Virus record (IMG/VR): IMGVR_UViG_2563366819_000004
Strand: one strand, 5' to 3'
Source of the DNA: a virus
Lineage: Duplodnaviria; Heunggongvirae; Uroviricota; Caudoviricetes
DNA: 12,785 nt
Both the position numbers and the translations under genes were made by a program. Below, in pieces: positions 10,168-12,785 of the stretch; the stretch's first letter is position 1; each line of letters starts with the position of its first letter. The notes beneath the pieces were generated by a model that was given only the letters and a program-made list of their open reading frames with translations, had not been told where the DNA came from and searched no databases.

Positions 10168-11892
10168 ATGTCAGATATCACCGCAAATGTTGTGGTAAGC
10201 ATGCCTTCGCAACTATTTACTATGGCTCGTTCTTTTAAAGCCGTAGCCAATGGCAAAATTCATATCGGGAAAATTGACACTGACCCGGTAAATCCTGAAA
10301 ACCAGATTCAGGTTTATGTAGAGAATGAAGACGGTTCTCACGTCCCTGTTTCGCAACCAATCATCATTAACGCTGCTGGATATCCGGTATACAACGGACA
10401 GATTGCCAAATTCGTTACCGTGCAAGGCCATTCTATGGCTGTTTATGATGCGTATGGTGCGCAGCAGTTCTATTTTCCTAATATTCTGAAATATGATCCA
10501 GACCAACTTAGACAAGATCTTTCAAATGGCGGAGATAGTTTAGGTGATAGCTTGGTAGCTGTTAATCAGCCAGTTATTGAAAGCATAAAAAGAACCCAGC
10601 ATGATAAAAACTATGAATCTATATCTTTACGTGATTTTTCTGGTTCAATTGGTGAAGACTGGACTATACCGCTACAAAATGCATTTAATTGGTTATCATC
10701 TGGACCAAATAGAACACTTGTGATACCTCATGACGGAGTATTTGGACTTACATCCGCAACTCTTACTCTTAATGGAGACTTAAGTAGAAATTCCAGAATT
10801 GTATGTGAAGGTAGTTTGAAGCATTTAAGAACAACCGGAGATATGATAACGATCTCTGGCGGAATGTACGGTGAGTTTGAATTCAATATTTATGGGAGTG
10901 GGTATAATCCAGAAAGTATCCCTGACTATCAAATGCCGGATCCAGATGGATGTCAACAGGCAATTGTCTTTGCTGGTAATAGGGCGTGCAAGCTTAAGAT
11001 AATGGCTATAGGATACCCTGGACGTGTATTAAGAACTAAACAAGTTGGGCCTGTGAAGCAAAGTTTTATCGATCTTGATATTACAACGGGCAATGATACT
11101 TGCGGACAAGCAATGTATCTTCAGGGTACTGATGCTTTTGGGTGCATTAGCTTTGCTAACACCAACTGGGATTATTATGGCAGTGTTATTGATGGAATAA
11201 CTGATTTAAGCATTGTCTATTGGGAGGCTGGCTCAAAAGGTTCTAACACACCGGAGGTTACGTTTGATAATATAAATAACTGTCATATTGGAACCATTGC
11301 AATAGGGCAGGATGGAACTAACTCTGCTTTATTAGTTAACAGTGGTAGAGCAATCACTATTCAAAAGGCTTTGCTCGGAGAGTCAACCTACGGGTTAGAA
11401 GTGATTGGAAGTGGAGTAGGGCAGCCAATGCATCAACTGACAATACATTCACTACTATGTGCTAACATAAGAACTGCTGGAGTCAGGCTTTCAAATGCGG
11501 TTGGAGTTACAATCAAAGACCATGTCTTTGACGGATGCCCTTACGATGTAATGTTTTTCAATTTGTGTCGGGATATAATTATAAAAGGCCATCATCGAAA
11601 CCCAATAATCGCATGTTTTTATGGTGTGGAATCGTCTACCATTGAAAATCTCACTTTAAATGGCAAGTTTTATACAGCCGGTAACAGTACGTTTTGTGAT
11701 TTCAGGCTTTCTGATACCATAAACGTGCTGATTGATGACTTTACAGTTGTTACACAAGGTAGCTACCTCATGCTTAAGGATGCGAACAATGGTGTTTCAG
11801 TAAGAGGTGGGAATTGGTCAGGAACTTTACTTCCTATTTCAACCGCAATTGAATTCCAGCCGCGAACCATAAAGGACGTAACAGGGTTTTAA
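10168..11892 (+). CDS. Tailspike protein (574 aa as annotated) with P22-type head-binding domain and divergent receptor-binding domain
   Basis: N-terminus [59 protein letters not shown]...[13 protein letters not shown]...LKYDPDQ is collinear with the P22 tailspike head-binding domain. The remainder is unrelated to the P22 endorhamnosidase domain and visibly AT-richer. GGAG 7 nt upstream of the ATG. Confidence 0.9.
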   Translation: MSDITANVVVSMPSQLFTMARSFKAVANGKIHIGKIDTDPVNPENQIQVYVENEDGSHVPVSQPIIINAAGYPVYNGQIAKFVTVQGHSMAVYDAYGAQQFYFPNILKYDPDQLRQDLSNGGDSLGDSLVAVNQPVIESIKRTQHDKNYESISLRDFSGSIGEDWTIPLQNAFNWLSSGPNRTLVIPHDGVFGLTSATLTLNGDLSRNSRIVCEGSLKHLRTTGDMITISGGMYGEFEFNIYGSGYNPESIPDYQMPDPDGCQQAIVFAGNRACKLKIMAIGYPGRVLRTKQVGPVKQSFIDLDITTGNDTCGQAMYLQGTDAFGCISFANTNWDYYGSVIDGITDLSIVYWEAGSKGSNTPEVTFDNINNCHIGTIAIGQDGTNSALLVNSGRAITIQKALLGESTYGLEVIGSGVGQPMHQLTIHSLLCANIRTAGVRLSNAVGVTIKDHVFDGCPYDVMFFNLCRDIIIKGHHRNPIIACFYGVESSTIENLTLNGKFYTAGNSTFCDFRLSDTINVLIDDFTVVTQGSYLMLKDANNGVSVRGGNWSGTLLPISTAIEFQPRTIKDVTGF

Positions 11893-11907
11893 ACCAGAAA
11901 AACAAAC

Positions 11908-12159
11908 GTGGCTAAATCCTTCCCCATTGGTTCAGTTACAGGATCTAAGATTTCTTACGCTCACGGACTCTACCGTTCACCAACAGAGATTTCTGTGGTG
12001 ATACTTGACACCCCTGATGTATTAGGTGCTGCTAACTCTTCGATAATTGTGCAAAGTGTCGATAGCGTGAACATCGTTTTCAAATATGTAGGGAGTGAAA
12101 CACTAGCCAATACTCTAAACTTCAGGGTTACATTGAAAGCCGAGGACAGATCTAATTAA
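11908..12159 (+). CDS. In-frame downstream ORF (83 codons): either the displaced C-terminus of the tailspike or a small tailspike-associated protein
   Basis: Same frame as the tailspike, separated only by TAA (11890..11892) plus 5 codons. No ATG (GTG at 11908) and no Shine-Dalgarno. Beta-strand-rich composition. Followed immediately by a strong terminator. Confidence 0.4.
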   Translation: MAKSFPIGSVTGSKISYAHGLYRSPTEISVVILDTPDVLGAANSSIIVQSVDSVNIVFKYVGSETLANTLNFRVTLKAEDRSN

Positions 12160-12183
12160 AAAGGGGCTTTAGCCCCTTTTATT
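12158..12183 (+). terminator. Rho-independent terminator ending the tailspike transcription unit
   Basis: AAAAA-GGGGC-TTTA-GCCCC-TTTTATT directly after the TAA at 12157..12159; the A-run before and T-run after make it potentially bidirectional. Confidence 0.75.
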
Positions 12184-12195
12184 GTGCACAGAAAA

Positions 12196-12214
12196 CCCCC
12201 AGCTAGGCTGGGGG
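12196..12214. other. IS200-like left-end hairpin (8-bp stem CCCCCAGC / GCTGGGGG)
   Basis: Perfect 8-bp inverted repeat with a 3-nt loop, flanked by GAAAA on the plus strand. Position matches the IS200 left-end terminator-like hairpin that blocks read-through transcription. Confidence 0.6.
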
Positions 12215-12251
12215 TTCCGGAAAGCTTTCAGCTTTAAGCCAGTTATTAAAA

Positions 12252-12320
12252 CCCCTTTTGATTTGTTAAAACACCTTGCGGTCTGGCAACTGCAAGTGTC
12301 AAACAAGAAATCAAAAGGGG
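12252..12320 (+). promoter_or_regulatory. Long-range stem sequestering the tnpA Shine-Dalgarno
   Basis: CCCCTTTTGATTT (12252..12264) is the exact reverse complement of AAATCAAAAGGGG (12308..12320); the latter contains the AAGGGGG ribosome-binding site just upstream of the tnpA ATG at 12327. Confidence 0.6.
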
Positions 12321-12326
12321 GTCCCA

Positions 12327-12785
12327 ATGGGGAACGAAAAGAGCTTAGCGCACACCCGATGGAACTGTAAATATCACATAGTTTTTGCGCCAAAATACCG
12401 AAGACAGGTGTTCTACAGAGAGAAGCGTAGAGCAATAGGCAGTATTTTGAGAAAGCTGTGTGAGTGGAAAAGTGTACGGATTCTGGAAGCTGAATGCTGT
12501 GCAGATCATATCCATATGCTTGTGGAGATCCCGCCCAAAATGAGCGTATCCGGCTTTATGGGATATCTGAAAGGGAAAAGCAGTCTGATGCTTTACGAGC
12601 AGTTTGGTGATTTGAAATTCAAATACAGGAACAGGGAGTTCTGGTGCAGAGGGTACTACGTCGATACGGTGGGTAAGAACACGGCGAAGATACAGGATTA
12701 CATAAAGCACCAGCTTGAAGAGGATAAAATGGGAGAGCAGTTATCGATTCCCTATCCGGGCAGCCCGTTTACGGGCCGTAAGTAA
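12327..12785 (+). CDS. tnpA: IS200-family transposase TnpA (Y1/HUH type, 152 aa)
   Basis: Translation MGNEKSLAHTRWNCKYHIVFAPKYRRQVFY...CCADHIHMLVEIPPK...FWCRGYYVDTVG carries the HUH motif (HIHML) and the catalytic tyrosine region typical of IS200 TnpA. The ORF track start at 12276 is upstream of the true ATG. Stop is the last 3 nt of the window. Confidence 0.9.
   Translation: MGNEKSLAHTRWNCKYHIVFAPKYRRQVFYREKRRAIGSILRKLCEWKSVRILEAECCADHIHMLVEIPPKMSVSGFMGYLKGKSSLMLYEQFGDLKFKYRNREFWCRGYYVDTVGKNTAKIQDYIKHQLEEDKMGEQLSIPYPGSPFTGRK

Larger units (their letters stand above)
12185..12785 (+). mobile_element. IS200-like element (IS200/IS605 family), left part; right end beyond the window
   Basis: Left-end hairpin, a long stem that sequesters the ribosome-binding site, and a 152-aa TnpA follow the architecture I recall for IS200/IS1541. 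The left boundary is approximate. Confidence 0.8.

Noticed and set aside
10213-10515. 100-aa minus-strand ORF inside the tailspike head-binding region
   Set aside because: Antisense to the most conserved, securely identified part of the tailspike gene.
12169-12710. ORFs 12169..12435 (-), 12182..12370 (+) and 12345..12710 (-) around the IS200-like left end
   Set aside because: They overlap the structured non-coding left end or lie antisense to tnpA; IS200 elements encode only TnpA.

Overview
This window is a heavily decayed lambdoid / P22-like prophage remnant of about 12 kb, carrying two insertion sequences. I found no coherent multi-gene novel system; the best candidates for undescribed biology are listed under findings. 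Left to right: a complete lambda-type int and xis pair on the minus strand (attL would lie just left of position 1, outside the window); a small leftward accessory gene split by an IS100-like element (IS21 family; istA/istB, 5-bp target duplication GTTGC); a junction joining early-left DNA directly to the middle of a P22-type coat gene, so immunity, replication, lysis, terminase, portal and scaffold genes are absent; a terminator and a (GAGCCA)8 repeat-bearing segment; a gp4-like gene; three ejection-protein-like genes, the last frameshifted; an mnt repressor gene facing a tailspike gene with a P22-type head-binding domain and a divergent AT-rich receptor-binding part; and the left end of an IS200-like element with tnpA running to the window edge. 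Coat, tailspike, Mnt, Int, Xis and the IS proteins are called from recognised sequence. The gp4, gp7, gp20 and gp16 assignments rest mainly on gene order and size and are less certain. No similarity searches were run.
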